From Lingula anatina (lineage: Eukaryota; Animalia; Brachiopoda), in assembly GCA_051362555.1 (NCBI GenBank), contig CM120642.1, forward strand, positions 20,336,001-20,400,000: DNA of 64,000 bases, in the 5' to 3' direction. Made by a program: the position numbers and the translations under genes. Shown here one piece after another: positions 1 to 14,000 of the stretch (positions are counted from its first letter, which is position 1; the number at the start of each line of letters is the position of its first letter). A model generated the notes under the pieces. That model was given only the letters and a program-made list of their open reading frames with translations, searched no databases and was not told where the DNA came from.

Positions 1-1161
1 TTCCATGGCCTTGAAGACATTTCCATGTCACATTTTCTGTAAATACATGATACTTTTATTTTATTATTAAAAATTGATGGTCATTATGTTATATTGCATA
101 AAAGTTGAAGAAAACCCTAATTTTGGAAATGGCTGCCAGAATGACCATTAAGGAAAAACCATGTTACTTATGATACTCAAACTTACTGAAAAGTTTCGTA
201 AGACTGATGTGCAGTTTGTGTTGGAAAATCAGTGTGATTGTTTTCTGTTTTGGAAGCAATGTAGCTCTATAGAGTGCTATATGGGGCTACTGCGTATGGA
301 TGGTGGTAATTGCCCCTTGGGGTAGTCACAAGCTAAATTCAGAGCTATAAAATCATTTGCCTAATTGATTTCCAAGTGCCCATTAAATAAGATTACATAA
401 AACACACGCTGAGACTTCCCAGTAAAGTCCCATAGGTTAAGCTCTCTTAACTATGTCACATAATTAGGAATCTATGATAATTATGCAGGTAAATGTTGTT
501 TAATATTGCAAATAAGTTAACAAAACAAAACAAAAAAATAGATGAATAACAGTGTCTTATTATCCTCAAACACATTGGGGTTATTCATATCATGTTATTA
601 CAGCAAGATTAAAAGTTTGAATAGCAGCTTTAATGGGATATTTTTGTGTTTTCTTTTTAATTTTTTTTTTTCAAACACTGGCATTTTCAGCTCCCATCCA
701 CCTGAAGCTCTTCACATTTTCTGTATTTCCACATAAGCAGTTGCATTGGTTTTTATGTCTTTAAACATTATGTAATATTATTTTATGCACTGTCATCATT
801 ATTTAGATATTGGGATTTTCATTATGTGAATTTGGTCCTGAAACTGTAATCTTATTGCAGGGGTGGATTGAGGCCATCTTCTGGGTCTTTCAGATTTTAA
901 AGTTCACATTGATGGGTATCTCTTTTTTCTGTTGGAAGACCATCAAAAATGTAGGATGAATCAACAAAGATAATTTGGAATACTGTCAGAAAATATCTCT
1001 GGATCAGCTCCTGTTATTGACGATGTCACCTGTTGTGCATGATTAAATTTCAGTGTTGATTGACAGTGCTATTGTAGGCATCAAAATTGACAAAATGAAC
1101 CATTTTCTGCATTTTTATTTTGTGTTTTTGTCTGTACATTTGACAGCTTTGCTGCCTTGTT
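1..1161 (+). mobile_element. 3' part of HINE-like (Helentron-associated non-autonomous) element, family A
   Basis: Ends with the family 3' signature GTCTGTACAT-TT-GACAGCTTTGCTGCC-TTGTT; body matches copies at 31300-32599 and 43000-48103. Confidence 0.8.
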
Positions 1162-1496
1162 TTTATTCAAGATTGCTATATTCAGTCATAAGTGAGTCAT
1201 GCTTTTCAAGCAGTACAGAGTTGCTCCACCAGAAATATGCCACTGATTTCCTTTATTTATATACATACATGTAGTATGGTTTTTCATTTGTTTGTTAGTA
1301 GAGTGTTCAGATAATATGTGTTGCTTTTGTTTATCGTTTTATTACTTTTACATTCATATATTGTGCATTTGTCTTAGATCAGTAGTTTAAAAACGTTTTC
1401 TGTGATCCAGATAAAACACTAGTCAAGAAAGCTGGGAAATGTGAACATTTACAGTGTAGAGTTCAAAATATAATCATTATCTAACTTCAATCACAG

Positions 1497-2129
1497 GTGA
1501 CCTGTCCGAGCTGCTGGACATAAAGGTGGACCCTTGCCTATGCCAGGAACATGTGTGGAGCCGGCCAGATGGGACATACCCTTGGGACTACAAGGTGACC
1601 GTGTGCACTCGGTGTAACAACTGCTCAGATAAGGGGAAAACATGTCCATGGAACGGCGTAAAGGAGAGGAGACTCAGGTATGCCTTACGCTGACTGCAGA
1701 GACATCTATAGGAGAGATAATTCTTTTGACTTGAATCACTAGACATGAACATCTTAATGGAAGTATTGATTTTAGAAAAGAGAATGTATGAACAAATTAT
1801 TGTTATTTGAACATAAAGAATGCTCTGACGTATGTTTGTGGATCAGAGAGTGATTAAAAAGCTCTGAAAATAAATCTGTGGGAATAAATCTAAGAAATTA
1901 ATGGAAACTTTTTAAAAGTATCAAATTGGATGTTTTTTGTTTTTTTTCTAGTTCTGGAGAGGTGTGGGCATCGTCTCTCAAACAGCTGGACTCTGGTCAG
2001 GAAACCTGTCACCTGGGCACAGAGTGGCACCTCCCGGTCATGTTTGAAAACTTGGAGGAATGTGGATGTGACACAGAAATCTGTGCTTGTCGTCGCTGTG
2101 GACTGTGCAGACATTGTGCTTACGTTTTA
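1497..2129 (+). CDS. Roco gene exons 1497-1677 and 1952-2129: Cys-rich motif
   Basis: Translate to ...CQEHVWSRPDG...VCTRCNNCSDKGKTCPWNG...ECGCDTEICACRRCGLCRHCAYVL; canonical splice sites and matching phases. Confidence 0.75.
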
Positions 2130-4215
2130 GTGAGTTTGATAGTGTGCATGTTTTTTTCATTGCTTGGTTGAGGCAGTTTGTACTGAAAAATTGGAATCAA
2201 AACATGTATTTGTCTGTTGTTTAAGAGACCACTGAATTTGTAAAAGAATTCAAATTGTATGCATTAATTATACTAAGACCCCATTCCCAGAGATTAGATC
2301 AATCCAACTAGATCGACCTAACTCCCTGGGGGTTCACGCTAAATAGCTGTCAGCCGCGCGGGCACGAAAGTTAATTACCCCCTTACAGCTTGTAGTAGGC
2401 GGGACGGACACTTAAGCCGGATTATCTGACAGTAATCTAGTGAGACTCCCCACGGGGATAGATCGATGTAAAATCTATGGGAATGCGCCCTAAGTCAAAT
2501 TTTTGTTCACATTATTGCCTAGTATTATATTTTTATACATGAATTATCCCACAGTATGTGTCAATTATCTCACAGAATCATGCAAACATTCCCTTTTATT
2601 TTATCTCTTTATGATGATAATGTACAACTGACACGTTTCAGGGCACTATTCATGCGAGGGTGGACCCTGGCTATGGGTCTCTGATGAATAATCTTGTGAC
2701 ACACGAAGCAGCGATGACCACCTACCGTTGTGAATACCCTCTAGATGGCACTGTCCATCAGATAGTCAATATTTCTGCCATGAAATACTTGAACCAAGAC
2801 TTTCAGGGCATTGTTTTGCTGACTAGGTAATTGTTAAAAATAGTTATTTTTGTACTTATTGATTTCTTTGTTATATTTATTATTATTATTATTTTGAAAA
2901 ATGTAGTAAATTTGGATCTGTCATATAACAAAATGCAAATAAATGTTAGCAGGTAAACAGAAAGGGCATTTTTTCTGAGTTTTTTAGATATATTCTATGT
3001 CAAATATTATACTGACTTGTTAAAAAAACTTTCCATGATGAGCATCTTCCAGTTTCATTATATTCAGATCTCTTGCACTGAGATAGTAGATATTTATGCT
3101 TGCAATAAAAATAAACAGTAAACCACCAGTTTTAATCACCATTTTCAATTTTTCTCCAAAGTCATTTTTCACGAAAAAAATCTCTAAGAATTTTTTGTGG
3201 TTCTCTGTCATGTTCATTACAATCTACTTTCAGTTTTCTTCAAGACAAAGAATTGAAGTTGTTGATTGGGGAGGGTGGGACAGTGACACTGATGGTAGGG
3301 CAGCAGGCTGATTATCCAGCAGCTTCCTACGGTCTGCTCCGTTCTCTAGAGAAAGGAGATGTTTTAACTCTGAAAGTAGCTGTGTACCCTGGATCCATGG
3401 AGCGGTAAAGAATCATTGAATTCAGATCCTTTTTTACGTATTTGAATTTTTCACAGACTGACAAATATTAGACTTGATTTAAAGATATACTATATAAAGA
3501 ATATGGAATTTTTCTTAGATGTGTGCTCCACAATTTCTTTGGTTTAAATTAAATGCCTCCATTGTGATTTTGTTAAATTAAGAAACAATCCTCAGTGCAG
3601 TTCAAGATGGCATTTTCAGATTTTGATAGAATTTAAATTTTGAAATTTGTTATGTTTATTATCATTTTATAAGTATTGTTTTCTGAGTACATGCCAATAA
3701 AGTTACTAGGATTTGCATCAACATTAAATACTTTTTCAGTTTTGACCAAAATGGAGTGACAAAGTTGATAGATGAAGATGCATCTGTTGTGGTAAGCAAC
3801 ATATTGAATTTTTTTAACTTTCAGTCAAGTACAATATCTGTAATAAATAGAAATGTTCTTACATAAAAATGTATCTTGATAATATAATTCATGGTAAATG
3901 ATTAAATATATTACATTTGCACCTGACAGTTGTACCTACTAGAGCATCCAGATCACCAGAGAAAAGATGGATCAATTTCTCATTTAATTAAAACATTTGA
4001 TTATCTTTACTCAGCAAAATATAATATGAATGAATATTTTGACAGTGAGACCAGAAAAATTTATTGTGGCTCGGTTCTTATTAGAAAGTATGTTTTTGTG
4101 AATGAGGATAGATCATAAATCTTGAAATAAAAAGAATAAAAAATTTAATAAAGATGTGTTATTTGGATTTTCTCATATATGGCAAAATTTCATACTTTTC
4201 ACTTACTATGTTATG

Positions 4216-4273
<58 letters not shown>

Positions 4274-7200
4274 ATTTATTCACTCAAAAAAAAAAAAAGA
4301 AAATACACATATATAATAAAATATTTAAGCAGATAATCAAAGATTGAATGCATGTAATACAATGCTGGTGATAATTACGGTAATTAAATACTAATAGGTA
4401 AATAAAAAGATCATAAATATATAGATTTACACTCACTCACTCATCCATCCATACATACTACGCGTATGCATGCTTGTTGTGAGCTACATCTCGGCAACTA
4501 TAACATATACAATGAAATATTTAGACAGAAAATCAAAGATTAAATACATATGATACTGATAATAATTAAGGTAATTAAATACTGATAAATAAATAAGAAC
4601 ATAAATATATAGACTTACTTTCACTCACTCATCCATCCATACATACTACACGTATACATGCTTGTTGTGAACTACATAACGGCAACTATAGCGTACTAGA
4701 GGTGAAAATTTTAACACGTTATGGTAGGAATGCGTTTCCATTTTGTATTGAACCTGTCTTCTTTTCCTGTCTTTATAGCAATGTATTTTTCTATTTTCTT
4801 CTTCTGACTAAGAAAATGTAGAAACAGTTCAAAATCATAGACTGATGGATTTTCTGAATTTTTGTTTATGAATTGTTTAGCCACAATAATACAGAAATTT
4901 AAAGCTTTTACGCGCTGGTCGCTTGACAGACACCCGTACATTATAGTTTTTTCATTTTTTCTGAAGTGTATGGTGTTATTCGGAATGTTCCACCAGTTTT
5001 CAAATGCAATCCAAAAATTTCTTGCACGTACACATTCTACAAAATGATGTATTATTGTTTCTTTCATATGGCAGTTAATACATCCTGGGCTAGTAACTAT
5101 TTTCATTTTGAACAGTGTAGAATTTGTGTACAGCACATTGTGAATTATTCTGTATTGCATTACTTGTAGTTGAGTTTCTTTGACAGACTCAAATGGTATC
5201 AAGAAAACTCTCTGCCAATCATTTTCACTTACGCCTGATTTGATAAGATGCAAACTTGCTGTGGGTAAATTTATTACATTTCTTTCTATTAGCTTATCGT
5301 AAATGGTTTTTGTAGAGGCTAGAGTCCATACTATCTCATCTGAGTCTGTGTTGTCAACTGTTTCTGCATTTTCCCGAAGTTTACGTAACCATGATATCGG
5401 AACTTTTTCGTATTCTAGAAAATTCGGCAGCTTAATGTCGAAGTTGTGTTGATTTATTATTTCTTCTAATGATATAAATTCACCATTAATATTTATAATA
5501 TCTTGCATATAATTTACTCCGGCTTTTGACCAATGCCTTAGATATATTGATTTTTTGTTTACAAGTATGAATCTATTATTCCATATTATCTGTTTCTTTA
5601 TATCGGAGGCATTATTAGGGTCTGTTTGTATTAAATCACTCCATGCATCCAGCATGGCTACGTAAAAAGGTGGTATGTCCGAAATGTTAATATTCTTCAG
5701 TTCATAATTACAACTGAAAATAAGTTTTCCTCCCACACTTCTTAAATATTTCAGTATGTTTATAACCCACGGATCATCGTTGTCAGCTAACATTATGCGC
5801 TTAACCATTGAGGCCTTCAGAGACCGCACGTGCGATGGCACATGCGTCAAATTTAAACCACCTTTACTCTTTGGGGCTATTAATGTATTTTGCTTTAATT
5901 TTGGTTTTTTATCATTCCATAGAAATTTTTTGAATAAAGCATCTATCCTCAAAATGATATCATTTGGGGTCTCAAGAACTGTATTAGCATAAACCAGTTT
6001 AGCCAGACCCAATGTTTTCAGTATTTGTATCTTTCCAATCCATGTGAGGTCTCTGCTGGACCAAAGGTTAAGCAGCTTTTCAATTTGATCAACTTTACTA
6101 TCGAAGTCTAGAAACCTGCAGCTTTCGTAATCGTAAGAGAAATTAATTCCGAGAGCTTTTATTGGTCTATCCGGCCATACCAACCCGAGGGGTGTTTCGT
6201 CGTTGAATCTATTGCTTCCAAGCCACAGGGCTTCGGACTTGCTCAAGTTTAGTTCTAAACCAGAAATTTGTTTGAATTCAGATATTAATTTCAATGCGTT
6301 TTTAGCGGATCCAACATCATTTAGAAATAGCGTTGTATCGTCGGCATATTGGCATAATTTGTGTTCATGACAATCAATAGTAATTCCCCGTATGGATGGA
6401 TCTGCGCGTATTGCGCAGGCTAGTATTTCTACGGCCAGCACGAATAGAGGGACGGACAGTGGGCATCCTTGTCTTACACCTCTTGTAATTGAAAAGAATC
6501 GCGAGGAATATCCGTTGTTTGTAATACAACTGGAAGCATTGGCGTACATAATGTCAAACCACTGAATGAAGTCAGGGCCAAAGTTGAATATTTTCAGGCA
6601 TTTTTTTATAAATTCCCATTCAATGCAATCGAACGCTTTTTTAAAATCTAAGAAAATTGCCATCCCTTCTTTATTTTGCCTTTTTGTTGAGTACATAAGA
6701 TCCCAGATGAGTCTTATATTTTCACCGATATATCTTTTTTTAACGTACCCGGTTTGGTTTTTGTTGATAATGGTTGGTAAAGTCATTTCCATTCGTTTTG
6801 CAAGTGCTTTTGCGGCTAATTTGTAGCTTACGCTTAGCAAAGAAATAGGTTGCCAGTTTTCCAAACGGTGTCTATCCTTGTCTTTTTTGGGAATTAGTGT
6901 TATTAGGCCCTGCCGTTGGCTAATATTTAACTGACCAGTTTCAAAAGCAAAATTTAAACAGTCTGCAATTTCCTCTCCTAATTCTTCCCAGAATTTCATG
7001 TAAAATTCTGCGGAGAGCCCATCGACACCCGGGGTTTTATTCTTCTTTTTTGTAAGTTCTTTGAGTGCGTTTTTGCACTTGTTGATGGTTAGCTTTCCTT
7101 CACATGCAATTTTTAGGTTGTTTGGAATTTGGGGTATGTTTTGTACATTGAAAAATTTGTTTGAGATTCTCTCGTTAAAGGTAGTGTTCTGTGAGGTGTA

Positions 7201-10200
7201 CAAATTTTCATAAAACTTTTCCTGTTCTTGTAGAATATCTTTATCGTTAGTTACTGTAAGTGTATCATTAATTTCTAGTTTTGTAATTGTATTTCTGACC
7301 CGATTCCGTTTTTCCAAGTTGATAAAGTAATTTGTATTGCGTTCGCCCTTTTCGTACCATCTCACTTTACTGCGCATTATTGCACCTTCAGTTTTAGCTT
7401 CTAAGATTAAATCATATTCAGTCTTAAGTTTTTCTAATTCTTTAGCTTTTTCTTTATTAAATTGATTGTCTATCTCGGCTTGTAGCACGTTGATTTTTTT
7501 CCAAATGTCTCTTTCATTTTCTCTATGTTGTTTAGATTTTTGCTTTGAAAATTTTATTGAAAACTGCCGTATTTCCATGGTTATCATATCAAATGCTAAA
7601 CCACGGTCCTCTAAGTAATTGTATCTGTTTTTTGCTTCATTAATTACAACTTTCATTTCGTTAATATATCTTTCGTCTCCTAGTAAAGTATTATTGTGTT
7701 TCCAAAACCCTCGCCCTCTAACTGTCACATCTTTTGTCTTTAAAAACAAAGATATTGCATCATGATCAGTGTAAGGTGCGTACAGTATCTCCGCCTTTTC
7801 TATAAAACAATTTTCTATAAGTTCGTTAGATGTTATCCAGTAGTCTAGTCTGCAGGAAATTTTTGATTCGGAGTTTTTCCATGTGTATCTTCTTTCTGCA
7901 CCATGGAACTTTCTCCATGTGTCATTTAAATGATATTTTTTCATAATAGTTTGTATTTCATGTATAACTTTATCTTTAATGTGTGTGGACAGTCCACCAT
8001 GTTTATCTAGCTTGGACAATGTGCAGTTGAAGTCACCCCCTATAATTACATAATCAGATTCATATTTAGCTAGTTCTTTATAGAGAAATCTGTAAAATTC
8101 AACTTGTTCATTTATTTGATTTGGGGCATATATATTACACATAAGAAAAGTGCTCGTACCAATTTTAATTTTCACGCCTAGAAGACGACCATCCGGGTCT
8201 GTAACTGTGTCTATAATGTCATATTCTATGTTATTTTTAAATAAAATCATCACCCCTTTGCTATGCCCAGTACCATGATTATACCAAACCTTTCCACCCC
8301 ACTGAGCGCGCCATAATTTTTCGACTTTCTGCGAGCTGTAGGTTTCTTGTAGGAGGAAAACATTTTCAGGCCTTTTATGTAGCCACCTAAATACTCCCTT
8401 TCTTTTTTTAAAGTTATTAAGCCCCCGGACATTTAAGGATAATATACTAAAATCAAAACTCATAATAGCATTTTAATGTATTGACAGACATAACGTTTTC
8501 GTTGATATATATGTATGTACGACAATGAGTCACACCATTCTTTTCATCGCTTAACAAACAGACATGTACCACGTGCACACTTTTACTTTCGTACACAATC
8601 TCAGTCTTACGCACGGCCATTATCCACTTACTCACCTCATTTAAACACAAACATACACTCACACAATATACTACATATAGGAAAACGCACATGGGAGAGC
8701 GTTCAGTTTTGTGCGACAATTGGTTTTATGTGCGAAATTAAAGCAAGAGGAAATGGAAAAGGGAGAAATAAAGTTAATGCTCAAGCGTTTCTTATCTTTA
8801 AATTAATATCATCATGCAGGTCAAATTTCACCCTTTTTGTGCTGTCTTTCGGCCGACCATAGACTGACCCATTAAAGTACCATGCTTGTTATGTTACTTT
8901 TTCATGATATGTCATTTTAGTTACTTACACAAATGTACTAACTGACACAAAGTTAATGGTATGTTCACCTTTTTTAAGCTTTTGACTCAAAATTTCTTTG
9001 TAAGTATTGCTAACGCCGATAGCATTCCTTTGTGGAAAATGATATATTTATTTTGTTCAAAAAGTATTATTATAAGTAACTATAAAACATGAACCTACAT
9101 TTTTCTGTCTCATAGCAGCTGCCAATGTATCTCCAAGTGATTCTGAATGGCGTCTGTCTGAATACGTACATGATTCCTAATCTGGAGTGGTACCCCACCC
9201 TGGTCACCCAGGGGCAGCAGGCAGGGGAGTTCAGGGGCTGGAACTTTGAATGTCCAACAATGCCCTTGGTCATCAGGGTTAGTATTTCTGTCAATTAAAG
9301 TTGCAAGTGCAGTGCATACGTTCTATAAAAGAGAATTCTTAATTGTGTGCCACATAAACAATGATAATATACAGTCAGAAACAAATGATATTATAATGCA
9401 AACTTTGTAATATGCTTTAATTGTAATGTGTGAAGGCATTTTTATGTACAGACACAGATGTGTCTGTACATATAGCCATCATCTGCGTCTGTCGTCGCCG
9501 TCGTTGCCGTCGTCACCGTGCACTTTTAGCGATAACACGATAAGTGGAAAACCATTTTACCTTTTGACTTGAAACTTGCAGAACTGATGAATATTCATAA
9601 TACGCAGGTCAAGTTCGAAAATCAGCATGATCGGGTCACTTTTAGGGAATTTATGCTGTTTTTTCACTTTTTTCAGCATATATGCAGCACCGATAACACG
9701 ATAAGTGGAAAACCATTTTACCTTTTGACTTGAAACTTACAGAACTGATGAATATTCATAATACGCAGGTCAAGTTCGAAAATCAGCATGATCGGGTCAC
9801 TTTTAGGGAATTTATGCTGTTTTTTCATGTTTTTCAGCATATATGCAGCACCGATAACACGATAAGTGGAAAACCATTTTACATTTTGACTTGAAACTTA
9901 CAGAACTGATGAATATTCATAATACGCAGGTCGAGTTCGAAAATCAGCATGATTGGGTCACTTTTAGGGAATTTATGCTGTTTTTTCACTTTTTTCAGCA
10001 TATATGCAGCACCGATAACACGATAAGTAGAAAACCATTTTACCTTTTGACTTGAAACTTACAGAACTGATGAATATTCATAATACGCAGGTCAAGTTCA
10101 AAAATCAGCATGATTGGGCCATTTTTAGGGAATTTATGGTGTTTTTTCACTATTTTCAATATAAATGCAACACTGATAACACAATATAAGAAACATAAAA

Positions 10201-11003
10201 ACAGATTGGCCAATTGTAATTATACTCACAGGAGTGGTCAATCTTACTAAAACGCAGGATGAGTTCGAAAATCAGCATAATCGGGCCATTATTTTAGAAG
10301 TTATACTGTTTTTTCACATGTCTTCAGATTCAATTATTAAGCATGTTAACAGTCTCATTATTTAACTAATAAGATGCCTAAAAGTGTTTGTTTGATATTT
10401 CCTGCATCTTTACAACATTGTTAGTTGATTATGTAAAAAACATGGTAAACTTGTTATCATGTATTGTGTAATAAAGTGTCAAAAATGGAAATAAACTCAT
10501 ATCATTGCAGTTTGTCAGATTCAATCATCCACTATGTTCAGAATCTCAGAATGGAGGAAATTGGACATTTAACACTGTTCTATTGATAGTTTTCCCATCT
10601 CATCAATTTTCTTAGTTGGTCATATAAAAATGGCAGTAAAATGTTTATTTTGTTTTATGTTAAAAAAGTGTTAAAAATGGAAAGAAACCCATTTCAGAAC
10701 AGTGCTGTCTTGTTTACATTTTGGCATTTTCAAGGTGTGACTTTGAAGTTCCATGGGCCTAAAGACCTTTGCTAGTCACATTTTCTGAATATCTGTGATA
10801 CAAATATTTTATAATTAAAAATTGATGGTCATTAAGCTGTTAAACATTATGTAATAGGGCATCAAAATTAGAAGAAACCCCTATTTTGGGCACTGCTTCC
10901 ATGATGACCATTTAAGGAAAATCATGTCACTTACTGTTCTCAAACTTACAGGAAAGAAACCTGGGACTAAAATACAGCTTCAGTAGGCAATGCAGTCTGT
11001 TTG

Positions 11004-11037
<34 letters not shown>

Positions 11038-14000
11038 GCAGTTAAACAGTTTTTTGTGAAAATTTAATTTTTCACATATTGGCATTTACAAGGTGTGACT
11101 TTAAAGTTCCATGATCCTGAAGACTTTTGCTTGTCACATTTTCTGAATGTCCATGTTACTTATATTTTATTAATAACATTTGATTGTCATCATGCTGTTC
11201 AACATTATGTAATGTTGCATCAAAATTTGAAGAAACCCCTATTTTGGGCACTGCTCCTATGATGACCATTTAAGGGAAATCATGTCACTTACTGTTCTCA
11301 AACTTACAGGAAAGAAACATGGGTCTAACATACAGCTTCAATAGGCAATGCAGTCTGTTTGGTAAATTTTTCTGGCAATTTAACAGTTTTTTGTGAAAAT
11401 TAAATTTTTCACTTATTTGCATCTTTATTTTCTGTTTTTTTGTCTGTACATTTGACAGCTTTGCTGCCTTGTTATAAGTTCAGTACTGTTACTCCAACTA
11501 AGTGACATTTAATAAAGACTGTTAGTGACAAAGATCTAATTCAGTAAGGATTTAGCACAGCCATCCTTGATGTATTGAAACTGTGTTCATGGTCTAGCAG
11601 AGAAATTGCAAGATCTCTTTTTATGTTCACAGTCCAGTTTTCCTGGAGGGAGTGTGCCTACACTGACTGCTCTTGATGAAGAAGAAGACTGCTACGTCTA
11701 CAACTGCTCTGTTGATGAATCGACCAGAGGAACTGTTGTTTCCTTCAGGTTAGACAGATATAAACCATCATTTTTGTAGTACATGTTTTCAGTGAATATT
11801 ATTCCTTATATCATAGATGTTGAGAGCTAAAGATACAAAATTAATGTGGCATTTCTCAACAACACATATCATGCATGAAGGACAGCTACACCACACCTGG
11901 GCCCGGTTTCATCAAGGCTGGATAGCGCTGTCCAGAGGATAGCGGCCATTTTTAGCCACTGGATAGCGCTATGCAGCCTTGATGAAACCAGGCCCTGACT
12001 TTTTACTTGATATATTGAGTAAGATACAGCCTTAGTCCACGAGGTTTAAATGACATCAGTTCACGTGCTTAAATTATGTCCCATGCACCTCCCTGTCTCG
12101 TGGTGTAACTATTACATACTATTACAACGGTCAGTGAAATCCACTTTATGTGTATAAAAAACAATTTCACTTTGACACAAGTTAGAAAAGAAAGTTTTTC
12201 CTTGTGCAAAAATGTTACACTATGCATAATGAGTTTAAGGTTTCAAACAAATATTTTTTTCTGGTCTGTTTTCTTCCCCCTGAGTTTCAAACATGGCAGA
12301 GGCTTGCTGTTGGTAGAGGATAGTCAGGGACAGATTGAGGCCATCTTCTGGTCTTCTGCAAGACGGTTAGATTTTCAAGTTTATATTGACGGGTATCTAA
12401 TTTTTTCTGTCGAAAGATGGTCAAAAATGGAGATGGATTAACAAAGATAATTTGGAAGACTGTCAGAAAATATCTCTGAATTGCGCCCCTGATAGTTTTG
12501 GGAACCTCTGCAGTTGGGGTAGTTTTCCTTAGAATTGACACGATAAGATATTAGATTTCTGTATGCATAGTTTCTTTGGATTTTCTCTTTAGTTTAGAAT
12601 TCATATTCCACATACAAATGCATTTATTAATATTTATGTTTTACATTGCAGAAAAGAAGAAGACCCATTTTTGTCCTACTGCATTATCAAGATACCATTG
12701 GCTGGACTAGACCCTGCAAATTTTATGAAAGTAGAATTCCAAGATGTGGACATTTGTGGGAAGTTCTATATGGGACCCATCTGGTTTTCTGATGCAGAGG
12801 TGGAGGCCATGGATTTTAGAGAGACTGTGTCCTATGTTCTATCAGTTTGGGACGAGTATGTGTGAATGGCTTTATTTTTATGTACAGACACAAATGTGTC
12901 TGTACATATAGCCATCATCTGCGTCTGTCGTCGTCGCCGTCGTGCACTTTCACCGATAACACGATAAGTGAAGAACCGTTTTTTCTTTTGGCTTGAAACC
13001 TGCAGAACTGATGAATATTCATAATACGCAGGTTGAGTTCGAAAATCAGCATGATGGGGTGACTTGTAGGGAAGTTATGCTGTTTTTTCACTTTTTATGT
13101 ACAGACACAGATGTGTCTGTACATATAGCCATCATCTGCGTCTGTCGTCGCCGTCATCGCCGTCGTCGCCGTCGTGCACTTTCACCGATAACACCATAAG
13201 TGAAGAACCGTTTTTTCTTTTGGCTTGAAACCTGCAGAACTGATGAATATTCATAATACGCAGGTCGAATTCAAAAATCAGCATGATGGGGTGACTTGTA
13301 GGGAAGTTATGCTGTTTTTTCACTTTTTTCAGCATATATGCAGCACCGATAACACGATAAGTGGAAAACCATTTTTACTTTTTGGCTTGAAACTTACAAA
13401 ACTGATGAATATTCATAATCCGCAGGTCAAGTTTGAAAATCAGCATGATCAGGCCATTTTTAGGGGAGTTATGCTGTTTTTTCACTTTTTTCAACATATA
13501 TGCAACACTGATAACACAATATAAGAAAAACAGATTGGCCAATTGTCATTTTACTCACAGGAGTGGTCAATCTTACTAAAACGCAGGTAGAGTTCGAAAA
13601 TCAGCATAATTGGGCCATTATTTTAGAAGTTATACTGTTTTTTCACATGTCTTCAGATTCAATTATTAGGCATGTTAACAGTCTCATTATTTAACTAATA
13701 AGATATGTAAAAGTGCTTGTTTGATATTTCCTGCATCTTTACAACATTGTTAGTTGATTATGTAAAAAAGATGGTAAACTTGTTATCGTGTATTGTGTAA
13801 TAAAGTGTCAAAAATGGAAATAAACTCATATCATTGCAGTTTGTCAGATTCAATCATCCACTATGTTCAGAATCTCAGAATGGAGGGAATTGGACATTTA
13901 ACACTGTTCTATTGAAATTTTTCCCATCTCATCAATTTTCTTAGTTGGTCATATAAAAATGGCAGTAAACTGTTTATTTTGCTTTATGTTAAAAAAGTGT

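Larger units (their letters stand above)
4220..8886 (-). mobile_element. 5'-truncated non-LTR retrotransposon, L1/Tx1 clade, antisense in a Roco intron
   Basis: Poly(A) tail (about 50 T at 4220-4271) just downstream of AATAAA on the minus strand; TSD TGTTATGTTAC(TTTTT) at 4209 and 8887; ORF2 plus the end of ORF1. Confidence 0.93.

Noticed and set aside
9531-10200. 161-bp regularly spaced repeats as a CRISPR-like array
   Set aside because: The whole unit repeats with no unique spacers, there are no cas genes, and the context is a eukaryotic intron; it is a HINE-internal satellite.
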